A stretch of 63,480 nt of DNA, the filler included, from Sphacelaria rigidula (taxonomy: Eukaryota), in assembly GCA_964200075.2 (NCBI GenBank). It is 7 parts of 7 records of this genome, joined end to end, with 100 filler letters (N's around TTAATTAATTAA, not from the genome) between each part and the next. Parts side by side here need not be neighbours in the genome. Positions count along the whole stretch, not along the records: positions 36,339 to 45,319 come from CAXNAA020009591.1; positions 45,420 to 54,400 come from CAXNAA020009592.1; 5 more parts are not named here. One strand, written 5' to 3'. A model generated the notes under the pieces. That model was not told where the DNA came from. It made no database searches and was given only the letters and a program-made list of their open reading frames with translations. Shown piece after piece: positions 36,339 through 48,115 of this stretch. The position numbers and the translations under genes are program-made. Numbering within the stretch: position 1 is the stretch's first letter; each line of letters begins with the position of its first letter.

Positions 36339-38702
36339 CTACCGGGGCTAGCATGTTCAAGTAGTAGTGATGAACGGTACTCCATAAAACTCAGAAAAAA
36401 GGACGACTACGAATTCCAAAAACTTCTGACGCTGACTACTATAGGAATTCGAATGGACCCAACTCAATTCCACCGCCCCATTTTTTTCGATCGAAAAAAA
36501 AGTGCCAAGCACGCCCTGAAACGCTTCTCCGCACTGCCGGATGACAGTGTGTTGGAACCGGTACAGAGAATAAGGCAGGTACCCGGTACTGGTATTCCGG
36601 ACATCTCATTCCCTACTGATACCGACCCAACTCGGTGTTTTCAATGTCATACCTACAATAACAAGGTATTTCGAGATTGCAATACCTGCCGTATCCCCTC
36701 AATCAGGTATTTTCGAAACTCATACTGTACCTACGATACCCACGCATACGACTAGATGGGATACTTCGGTAAATACCGGGGTACGCTCGGTACGGTACCT
36801 TATCTACGGTTCCCGTGGAAGATTCCGCGGGAGACTTCTGGAAACGCATGGTTGACCTCGTGACCTTTCCAGTTCTTCTGCGAACAGATACCCAACCCCC
36901 CCTTGAAGAAATACCCCCCACCACCGCCTGGAAAACTCTGCATGTCCTTGGTCCTTGGACCATCAGGCGGTGAGACTGTTCTGAGGTGATGGTTGTTACC
37001 TTTGAAGTTGAATCAGGTCCGGCTTCGATGCGTCAAGTAATGAGGCAGTAGCGACTACTGATTGTGTTTACTGATAGCGACAGGTTGCAGCACGAGCTAA
37101 TGGCCGAAGCTTAAGACTTGGGGGGCGGAGAGATTCTACAATTTGTTCCGAGAGGTCGTGTTGATCCTAGCTCGAAGTATCGCGCACCAGCCATCGGTAC
37201 CTACTAATAATCATCGTGGACAGCCGCAGCAGTATACTGCATACCGCGGATCGGAGTCCACGCTTACCGTGGGTATCTATAATACAGCAGTCACACTGAT
37301 CCACGCGCTGAAATGAACTCAAGCACGGATTTGTATGCCACAAGACCCATAACGACTGACGGCCACGCAATCAGCCGCCAGCTCGTCTTCGTATTTATTC
37401 GATAGCTAGGGTGGGCCATCTGTTGAATCGGCATTACTCGATTCCTTCAGACGACTGTGCGGGTAAGATGACGAACGGAGCTTGCATCATTCAGGCGTCG
37501 TCGTGTCCACGGGTGGTATCACTTGGTCTGACAGCAGTACGTTGTCAACACCCATGATGAATGATCCACCGTGCTGGTCGAAGGGTAAACAAGTAGAGGG
37601 AAAGCTCTCAGTGGGCTGGCTGCTATCGGCAACGGACTTTTTACGCTGGGCCCTCTTCGGCAAACAATGCTGAAACCGTTCGACTCCCAGATATCCTGAT
37701 CCATCGCGAACCGCCCGGGAGAGGTTCGGCCAGGGCTCAAACCGTTCAGCAAAGGGTCAATCACACTCCAAGTCTAAAGAAGTACATCAACAGGTATATG
37801 CTACTGATGGTTTTTTCGCACTTTGGCGATATGATGAAGCCATCAATCAGCGAAAAGTGCAGGATCTTTACCGCAGGAGGAGTCATCAACAAAAAAAATG
37901 ATGCAGATAGATGCATTGGCATACGTAACCCAAGATGGACGGGCTGGCCACCGGGTTGTGTTATCCGGATCCTGCACTCATTTTTTTTCGAGTGAATATG
38001 GTCCCCGCTTTCAATAGATGACATGCCCTGGCGGATCGTCACAGCGTGTTGGAGCCACTGACGACGACTATGACATCTTGACAGCAGCAGCAGCAGCTAC
38101 CAAGCACAAAAATCCATGTACAAAATGGTCTAATGATGGTACGGACAGTTTCGTCGACGGGCTGTACCATCTGGATCTTGGTGTCATTTATCATGTGAAA
38201 ATGAGATCGAGGAACCGTAGTACCCAACCTCGGAAAGGACTTATTAGTAGTAGTATAGTAGTAGTATTACTATTATTTCCGCACATTAGTCCGATCTCAT
38301 GAACCTGTGGTCACAGACGTAGGCTCGCCTTTCCAATACCGTCNNNNNNNNNNAAAGAAAAATACGAAGAGAGACGCCACGAAAACCGGTGAGAAGTAGC
38401 TCCCCCGAGTTACTAGACAGGACATTATCAGATTTGCAAGGTGCCACAAATGTCGGATTATACAGGCATCCAGACTCCAACTCGGACCCTGTACGATTAC
38501 CTGCACCCAAACCTATCGTACACTGAAAACTGACACGACTGTAACCGAAAAGGGAGGCAGGGGGTGTGCATGCGGCGTAAGTTATCCTGCCAAGTTGTGG
38601 GGGCAGAGGTGGACACCGATATCAGGAGAATGTGGTGGTAAAAACGACGGGGGAAAAAAAAACTGTGAGCCGCCCTTCTATTGACCCTTAGAACGCGATG
38701 CG

Positions 38703-38992
38703 GGTAGTCCATCTGGATTATGCCTACTTTTTTCAAGTGAACTTGATGCCGATTCAACAGATGACCTACTCTCACAGTTCAAGGGTTACCTTGACAGCGA
38801 GATTAGTCTTTCTGGATCATGCATACTTTTTTTTCACTTGAAAGTGATGCCGATTCAACAGAAGACCAACGTCGCGGTCAAAGGGTTAACTCTGAGGTCG
38901 CGAGGGTAGCCATCAGTCTGGATCATATTGACCTTTTGCAAGTGAAATTGATATCGATTCAACAAATGGCCTACTCTCTCCACCTAAAGGAT
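38703..38992 (+). repeat. Degenerate ~103-bp tandem repeat, 3 copies
   Basis: tctggat..t...tttt.caagtgaa.ttgatgccgattcaaca.a.gacc.ac...aaggg recurs three times. Confidence 0.7.
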
Positions 38993-41900
38993 CGAATCGA
39001 ATCGGATCCTCTTGTACTACATCGCTATATTTTCAACCATGAAAAGTTGACAATGGTACTGTTGTGGTCAACTCCGATACCTCTTGACCTTGACATGAAG
39101 AGTTCGGGATTCTACGAGAGGATCAACCATGTAAAAAATCAAAGCATACACGGGGTGCACTGGCATATTATACTGTACCCATATATAAATAGATTCGAGG
39201 TAGGAAATTTTTCAGCACTCCTTTTGCTCTATACAGTACGGTACAGGCGATTTGCAGGAGTGGGTGGGGGAAGGGAGGACTTGCTTGAGTGATCCATATA
39301 CCTTACCCCTCCGCGCCCTCTCCCCTGTTACGGGGAGGATACTGCAAGGGAGATCACATGAACGGCATCGACATGCGGACGAGTAGGGTCGGAATCTGTT
39401 GGGTACCATCCTGTGCGGTAGGCTGAACTTCACCTGTGGGGCAGGGGAAAACACAGCTTGAAAGGTGCTGTACCCCGAGTGTGGTGAAGAGAGCAAGGTG
39501 ATGGGTGGTTGTTTGGTTCATAGAAAAGTCTCGTACAGAGATCAGAGGTACCCAAGAAAAGTTACGTCTCTTGAACTTGGGAACTTGGGATCGCCACCTT
39601 TGTGTCACAGCGATTACTATTTGCACTTCGGCTTCTGTGTTGCACCATCCCATGCCGCAGGAGTGGGTGTGAGAGGAGGCACTGCATATAGTCCCACGTT
39701 CAACATCATCGCCTGTTGACCAGCAAACGGTTTGGACGGGACCCATCTCGGACCCATAGAAGAATGTGTACGGTGCTTCAGTGAAGTACCAGTCACCGTC
39801 ATGTTTCGCTCCTGTAAGCTCGCGGCGAGTTCTCGTCATTTATTGTACCTGGAAGCGGTGCTGATAAAATTAAGACAAGCGATTGGCACGCGCTTGCAAT
39901 ATCGCAAAAGACACGTACTCTTCTCTACTATAATAGGAATGTTCAGCTACGCGATGTATGACTTTGGCTCTACTGTAGTGTTGTTTGCCGAGAACACCGT
40001 TATGTGTTATCTCAGAAGATGAATACGAAGGAAATAACGTTGAGCGACGGTACATATGCATATATATATACTAGACACATGGTACCAGGTACATGATCAT
40101 GATTATAGATGACGGGGTCTATGACGGGGTCTATGAGCTGCACAGGACTGACGATCAACCGTGCTGATTACCGGAAGGTACGTGTATGCCCCCCTCAGTA
40201 TATCGGCAGTTGGATGCCTCGTGAAAGATTCATATCCTATGTCGTGTGAAGTTTGAGTAGGGGGTACGCTTGGCGCTCGACAAAGGAGATCACGGTTCTG
40301 AACAACATTATGCTCGTGCATCTGCCGTCGAGTTTGCATGTCTCTCGGTCTGTTGTGGAAGTAACTTGCTCACCTACACGCGATCTGAATGCAGATGGAA
40401 TACAGTTGCCTGCAGGGAAGGTTACAGTGCCGCCGGTATAACAACAGTAGTAGCCTACAGTAGTCGAGACGACAGTGTAGGTGCGATTGGCCACAAGTAG
40501 GCTTCTTTCAGTGCACCGGGTTGACCACACTTCAAAGAGGCATCCTATAGCACAGCACACGCCCCTACAGCTCTTGCCTTGTCCTGCAGGAAGAGAAAAG
40601 GAATGGCTTTTGGCTTCGAAGAACACATGCATGCTGCATACTCACCGAAATGTCGGTCCAGTGGCAGCACACTACGGGTCGTACATCATGCGACAGGACG
40701 TGCACGGCTGGGCGCAAAGTGGTGTGTAGCGCGTCTGCCTGCAGGAGCACGCATTTTGCGTGGTTCTGCGTGCATGGTCAACTTCAAATAACATGTTTCG
40801 AGGTTTTCATCGGGGGGTTACGAACGGAGTTTGTAACAGATGGGTGCTCCCAAGTCTCGGTACAGCTGCCTGGAATGTGTCCTCTCACCCTCGGTGCAAC
40901 GATACACTATTGCCCCAGGAAAACGAGATTAAAACAGACCACTAATGCTACACAAGTCTGGCAAGATTTTTGCGGCGACCAGCACCAAAGACAAAGGCGA
41001 TGCCCGCCCCGTTTTTCTTGCACTCACCCCACTGTTGTTCATGACGTGAACGTTCCAACCAAGCATGGCCGCCGCAATTGCCGACACAATTATGCCCTCT
41101 AGCAACACCATGATGCACCCTCGAAAACTTGAGTTCTGTCTCTCCGAGGTACGAGTACGCAGTATATCACAGTCAAAATTCGCACTTTTGACCGCGCGTC
41201 GCTCTTTATGCTTTCTGCTGCTTCCTGTGCTGATGCACGCGGAAGTGCGTGCGCGTTCGTCTGTGGCAGTAGTGCTGTCTTTTCCCCTCAAGTTATCTTG
41301 TGTGCTGACTTGCCCTTTGCTAGCTGCTTCTCAGAACCTTGGCAATCTGCGAGCTGCCTGTATGTGTGTGCCTAGCTTCGCTTTTTTCTTAGACACCCCC
41401 TTGGAATCTACGAAAATCTACACGTTCATCGATCCCTCCGCATTTGGCGGAGATTCTTTTCCGTCAGCAGCCAGCAGAAACATAATATTATGAAACCGTC
41501 AAAAATGTGACAGAATCCGACCCGAGACGGAATCCTATACAATTCAAAGCAACTCGACGAAACGCGCGTACGTATGTCTTGTACCTACTCTAGTCGGCGC
41601 GCGTCTATGCGTGAAGTGTGGGTATGTCTTTTCGATTGATTGGTGATTGACATCAACAGGTCCTTCTTGAACAAGTTCAGAAAAAGCGCGGGCACTCAAC
41701 ATTTCAGAAGCATGATGTTTTTGAGTAATCCTTGTGTCTTTTGGCAGCAGGTACTTCAAAGCCGTGAGCAGCTCGCGCTCGCTCGTGCGCGCCAAACTCG
41801 AAATCTCATCGCAAGTGAGCGCGGAGGTGCGGTCTACGAGAGGAAGAAACACGGCCTGCACACGCGCACGCGCTCGACAGCCTACACGTGAACTCAAGAG

Positions 41901-42700
41901 CAGTACACGCGGTAGGCGTAAAGCAAGCCGGCGCGCGCTGCGTAGCGCTAGTGCGCTTGTCGTTGTGATGCAGCAACCCCTCATCGTCGACACGCAGTTG
42001 TAGTATAGCTTCGCTGCGGAGTCATCCTCATGTGAGAGCGTTGTGTCGGCAAGACTACACAGCGATGAAGTCACAGAAAGCTGTTAATAGGAGGTGTATA
42101 ACAATAGGAGTTTTGGGTTGCGAGCCTCGTAAATGGCCATCTTCCTGCCGAGCGATGCCTCGAGATCAGTTGACGCAAGAGGTGTTCACCACGCCCTGTG
42201 CGGAGCACACGTGCGCTCGCGCGAGTAAATATCCACTCTTGCTTCCAGGGCCCGACGATGTAGAGACGCGCTTGTGTGCGGTTATCAACAGCGTTTAAAT
42301 CAAAAGGTCGGACGGAACATGATGGAGCTTTTCTGGCTATCAATGTATGGATAGCGCTTGGGCCACCCGCGTCGTGCAATAATATTACGTCGAGCTATTT
42401 ACCTCCATATATCGAGGTGCTGGCCTGAAGCGTGGACACATCAACGGCGCCCAAATAAGAACCCACTGTCACCAGTATCATTCAGACAAGAGCGCCCGCA
42501 TTACCAAAAAACTCATCGCAATACTATTTGTGTGCCCCCGACTCACTTTATTCGACAACATAACCTAACGACGGCCCACCATCGTTTCTGTGTACATGAT
42601 ACAATATTGTACACCAAAACGACAATCTGGGCCGCCGCCGTGATGAGAGCAACGCAGACCGTCAACAGCTACGACCACAACAATAACAACAGTGGACAAA

Positions 42701-43363
42701 ATGCTTCAGGGTCATCAGCCACGGCGGCAGCAGCATGAACAGCAGCAGCATGAACAGCAGCAGCAGCAGCCGCAGCAGCCGCGCCTGGAGCTACACTCTC
42801 TTGCTGCGCCGTCCGCTGTCCCGCCACCCCCGCCACCCCCACTACCCCCGCCCCCTCATGTTCACACCGTGGAGTCCCTTCAGCTGACCCCGGCGCCCTC
42901 ACCTATGCACAACAACGGGGCCATGTGTGGAAAGCCCACTACTGGAATGGTCAAGGTATCAATGTCGCCGGAGGGTAGGCTAGAGGAGCGCGGACGATAC
43001 GGTGCCGCTGCTGCTGCGCCGCCACCGGAGGCCATCTATAGAGGAGGAGCGCCAGAGCCGCCTTGCTACTTGATTCCACCACCAGGCGAGCAGCCGGCAG
43101 CTGTTCTAGATAAAAGTCGGCAGTGGGGACCTCAGGTGAAAAATGCGTGGTCGATAGTTGTGTGTTTGATGGTCTGTCTGAGAAATTAGCAGTGCGACAC
43201 AACGTATAAACAGTTTGCGTGATCACTTTGACGCCGATTTAGTGTGTACCATAACCTTGCTGTTCAGTGCAGAAGGACAAAGCGAATGATGATCCAACAA
43301 TTATTACACGAGTTTATGCAACAGACCGGGGCGTGATACCTAGTGTGTGGCATATCCCTCATC

Positions 43364-43406
<43 letters not shown>

Positions 43407-44826
43407 ACCCTCCCCCCCCCCCCCACCCCACACCACCCACCAAAAACCCACCACACCCAAGAAACAACACCCNNNNNNNNNNTATCAACACCGTTTAAAC
43501 GTACAGGCGCGGGCCCATATCTCCGGCGGGTCCGCCTCCCCCACACCCCCCCCCCCCCCCCCATCCCACCCCCGTGTCTTTTTGCCTCCTAGCAAATTCA
43601 AGACATTGGCTATAAACCACCACAAAAGCTACATGAAGGTCTCTGCAATCCTTTGTATTAGCTGCAGGAGTGGTCCTGGGCACATTAAAGAAAACTGATT
43701 CGGTGAAGTCATCTTTTTCTGCTCTCCGCCTGGAGAGTTTGAAGCGGTCTCCACTTGGCTCAAAAACTCGGCCGCCTCACTGGCATATTTTTGAGTACAA
43801 CAACAGTTATATTTATCTCACTCACGATGATCTCGTATCAATATTTCGAACACAGCGGGCATCCTTCCTCCGAGTACAGGAGCGTGCTTCAACACGCGAA
43901 CCAGCTTCATCTTCAAAAGTCAATGTCTGGCAACCCTATTTCTGCGATTCAGAGTACCCTCCCCCCTACCGCCCCCCCCGACAGATTTGACGCAAAGAAA
44001 CACATATATGTGGCGTCTGGGCTGTAAGATTACACACTCCGCCTCACTGGCGCACTTGGCTCTAATTCAAAATTATCTACATCCTTCGTGAGGCGGAGGG
44101 ACGAAACTTGCAATTGCCTGGCGATTGTGATTCTACGGCCTCAGAGGACCACCGACACATCTTTATTATTGTCTTTGCTATCTGATACTCAGCGCATGTG
44201 TAATCGGCGTCCCCAGGGTGACGTGACCATTCCTTCGGGTGTAGTAACCAAGTCACCAAGGGCTCATTTCCGCGCCATGTTTTCTCGGAAAAAAGAAATC
44301 TCCGTGACGTGTCATTGGCATCGTGGAACAAGGACAGTATGGCCTCGCGAACAGACACAATATGCGATCACGCCCCTCAAGAGTCGACCGAGTGCTCATC
44401 GATGTACTATGCCCTTTGACAACTGTGCACTCCTCCGAACACCCTGTTCTTTTTTACACCTACCATTTTCCCAACTACCGCTCGAAAAACACCCGCTACT
44501 TTGCACTCGTTTATTTTCTTCCCCTCCTTCGTCCTCGTCACATTTTCTGTCCTCCCCACCGTCACAAAACAATCATCCGCATAGAAGCCCCACTATGGCG
44601 ATCCCGTAGTCGCAGCCTGGAGCCGCACGGATGTGTCATTCCTCCACGCCCGGGTTGCGGCAGGCCACCACCCGATTCCCCGCAACCATGGCGGTATTGC
44701 CGGTGCCGGCTGCGGTGGATATGCACGACCCCCTCCGCTAGCTCCTGCTGCATTAGCCGGACAGATCCGGCGTCATGTGCACGATATGGCTGGTCTGCTT
44801 AACGCTTACAGAACGCACGGAATAAG
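42701..44826 (+). CDS. Unknown Gln/Pro-rich protein; exons 42701-43135 and 44585-44826 (partial)
   Basis: A GC-rich exon MLQGHQ...QWGPQ ends CAG|GTGA. The second exon follows a long polypyrimidine tract plus TAG in phase 0 (KPHYGDPVVAAW...LLNAYRTHGI) and ends AAG|GT. No family recognised. Confidence 0.55.
43364..43430 (+). repeat. Poly-C tract (intronic, possibly low-quality sequence)
   Basis: More than 40 consecutive C near a 10-N gap. Confidence 0.9.
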
Positions 44827-45319
44827 GTCTGTATGCGAGTGAATTGAGAAGCTTGCGCCCTCGACAGATTGACCACTACTACTCGGGATATACTGTGTTG
44901 AGAATTGTGTACTGGTACTGATCGGTTTACATTCTGCAAACATGCGATGCGTTTCGATTTCTCACTCTTTTCGGGAGATGGCAACAAGCGACACAGAAAC
45001 AATGCAAGATGACACAGAAGTAAACCTGAGTATGGGTGTCTCCGGAGATTGTGGTTTGCGTTGCTGCAAATGACAATTTCCGTCCATGGCTTCTGTTTTC
45101 CCCGAGAAAGCTAAGCGAGTAGGCAACACATCGTCGGGATGACGTGATGGACTGCTACAGCATTTGTTGCTGCGCTTTGTTGCTGCGCTTTGTTGCTGCG
45201 CTTGCGTATTCAAGTCTTTCAATACCGTGTAGCGCGAATCGAGTGCGCTGGATACGGTGGCACGTTGTATGGATCAGCAAAGGAGTGCCGGAGGGAAGCG
45301 CCGAGAGGGAAGGGGAGGC

Positions 45320-45419
45320 NNNNNNNNNNNNNNNNNNNNNNNNNNNNNNNNNNNNNNNNNNNNTTAATTAATTAANNNNNNNNNNNNNNNNNNNNNNNNN
45401 NNNNNNNNNNNNNNNNNNN
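45320..45419. other. Artificial contig linker
   Basis: Same 100-bp spacer. Confidence 0.99.
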
Positions 45420-47829
45420 CGATTTGCTGCAGCTCATAGACGGGAGGCGCTCCATTGGCTTCGTGCAAGAGAATTTGTTATGATCCGCTGCCATCGAGGG
45501 TGAGATGATGGAACAGAATCCAGGGTCCCACCACGTTTTGCGACTTTTCTCGGCACGAAAAGGCGGGATATCAGCAATCATATCACACGCGATGACTTGC
45601 GCTTTCGAAAACAACGACGGAAACTGCGGCGAAATTTTCGAACAGAAACGTGATTTCAAGATATCCACGAGCCCCAAGTCCACACGAATGGTGGCATCAA
45701 CCGCAATTGCGAATGAATTCGGGCACAACCTGGCTTAATCGTATCTTTTACTCGAACCGCACGACTCACTACTTTGGAGACCTCTTGAACGGTGCATTCT
45801 TCCACAAATGCGCGCCTGTGGGCCAGCGCGCAACATTGTCCAACATCATTCTGCCATTCCATTCCGGCAGCGGGTGGCAGGAATGTTCCAATATGCTACA
45901 CATGTAAACTTTTTGTCTCATGATCGGAATCGGCGCAGCGAGACATGTTGTGAATAAAACCTCACTCTCGATCGTACTTTCAACGCTCGATTTCACGGAA
46001 ACTCTGTTAGATTTGCCGGCAGGATTTTGCACCAATGTGCGAGGTAAGCGTTTTGTCCATTAATGATGCAAACACTCCCCGCCGCTGAAAGCCATAAAAG
46101 CCTACCCTCAATCGTATCGTAGATTCTTAATCTCACGAAAACATTGTTGGTAGTGGAGGCACTGCTGGACTCGTTTCAGTACCAAGACGCCTAGGTATTA
46201 TGATGTAAATGCTTTGTCTTGTGTTGTCGTCGGGCCACGAGGTGATAAGGGTACCACTCTCAGGGAACATACGAGGCCAGGGGTTGCACGAAGCAAGCAG
46301 CTGGCCGTAATGAATAACAACAGTCGAGTGAAGTGACTCTCCAGCTCGTGGCTAACAGACCCTCGAGCCCGAACCAGCACTGCATCATGAGGCAAAACAT
46401 GGACTCACTTTCACGTGCAGATAAGTGCTGTCATGGTACGATACTCACCACCTAGGTAGGGAGGTACCAGTTCAGTGGGCACCGGGGCTATCAGGCCCAA
46501 ACGCTATCATTAGTATCGAAGCCATTGAGTTCGACGTTACCAAGTGTAAAGTCAACCACCGCACCAGTGGTCACGTGGCATGCCATGAGCCGCGCAGGCT
46601 GCAAGACAACATGTGTTGCATGAAGGTCAGGCTTACATTTGTGAAGACCGGAGAATCCTCTGAGATAGCAGTCCAGGATGGCGTAGATGCTCTTGTATTA
46701 TTGGCGTACAGGCTAACTTGTGCTTTGCTAGTTGAGGTGCATTGTCCAAAACGCTGCGACCCGAAGGGGGCGGCCAAGCCAATTCAATCAAACAATGTAG
46801 TATGACCCATCAGGTACCAAGCATGACAAAGTATGACAAGTGGAACCCAGTCGACTGGAACATGACCAATAAATCTGTAACATCCCCCTAGCCATATTTA
46901 TATGGCTTCACACAAATTCATAGGAGGGCTGGAAGGGCCAGAACAAAAAGGAAGCCTCTGCATCATACGCCTGAAAGTAAAACGAGAAAAACCTGCTAAA
47001 TTACAGTACAGGTTAAAACTCGTTACAGATCTAATGAATAGGTAAACCCTGATAAGTAGGGGAAAACTCCATCCGTTAGGAAAGGAAAAAATCTATAACG
47101 CCCTTTCCAACGACAGAAACAGCAGACAAGTACGGTCGCTGTCGTTTTCCCGGGAGCACAGTTAGACTGGAGAGCGATCGGCTAGTTAGCGTGATCGCGC
47201 GTCGACACCCTGGATCAGTTACACTGGATTATAGGGTAGTGCGGGGCTCAAACCTCGCTAAAAACAACATTTCCACGAACTAATCAATAGTTACAGGAGT
47301 GCAGCTTTTGAGGGGTGCTCTTCTGTGACTACCGACACGTAGTCTACTGGAAATAGAGCCCACGCGCCTTGGCTCACACATGTCCCCGTATATTACCAAA
47401 TGGGAAGCAATTGATAACAAAGCAGCACAAGAAAAAGACAAGGAACACTCGAAATTCATGACTGAAGCGTGCGGTAGCAGCAATATATAGTTACATGTTC
47501 CCTTATTTCACTACCGTATTCCTCTCGCAATGATATCGTATACCACATCACACAACAGCCATTCGTACACGTCCATGGCTGCAGTCTATCTTTGGCTCCT
47601 CCGTTCCAGCTTGGGGCGCTCAACTTCCAAGCGAGATGGCTGTTTCCAGTCTCCATCTTCGTATCGTACTCGCCGAAAGAAATTCCCATAATCACACACG
47701 TGGTGCTTCAGCTCGGCACTGCTGTAGCCTTTCCAGGAGGTAGCACCTGTGGCAAAGCTTCAAGGCATCACTACGTTAGGAAGCGGGGTGCTTCGAGTGC
47801 AATGGCGGGGTCGAAGAAACTGTGGTGAT

Positions 47830-48115
47830 ACAGGTGAAAAAGGCTCATGACGCGGTATGGGGTAATGGGCTGTGGGAAAATATACGAGGAACTGTGATCA
47901 AAGGAAGGTGTGGACGATGAAGACGACAGAAATGTGCCGAAAGGGCGATGATGCTAGACAGGGAAATATCGAAATATTTCGATATTTTGCAAGGAGTCGC
48001 ACCAGGATGTACGTCATCACACTCTCTACTCGAGGTATTCTTTGATGACCTGATACTAGCATTAGACATTGCAAAGCAAGGGGTAAAGTTGCTGAAGAAA
48101 TTGGAAGCAGTGCAG
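47830..48115 (+). mobile_element. Non-LTR (LINE) reverse transcriptase relic
   Basis: KAHDAVWGNGLW (cf. KAYDTVWRNGLW) and FDILQGVAPGCTSSHSLLEVFFDDL (cf. GVxQGCxLSPxLFxxFIDDL), frameshifted. Confidence 0.8.

Noticed and set aside
40500..42074. Decayed DNA transposase with Cys-rich tail
   Set aside because: Coding-like fragments but no catalytic motif could be identified.
43100..43189. MEIG1-like motif (RQWGPQVKNAW)
   Set aside because: Similarity stops immediately. The VKNAW part most likely lies in an intron after CAG|GT.
43267..43698. Polyproline/extensin-like ORFs
   Set aside because: They arise from an intronic poly-C tract next to an N gap.
44770..44826. 2-oxoglutarate dehydrogenase E1-like LLNAYRTHG
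   Set aside because: The match is too short, lacks the following H..A.LDPL, and fits better as an exon of the unknown gene.
45420..46805. Possible exons or pseudogene at the start of contig 6
   Set aside because: Stops occur in all frames and no family is recognisable.
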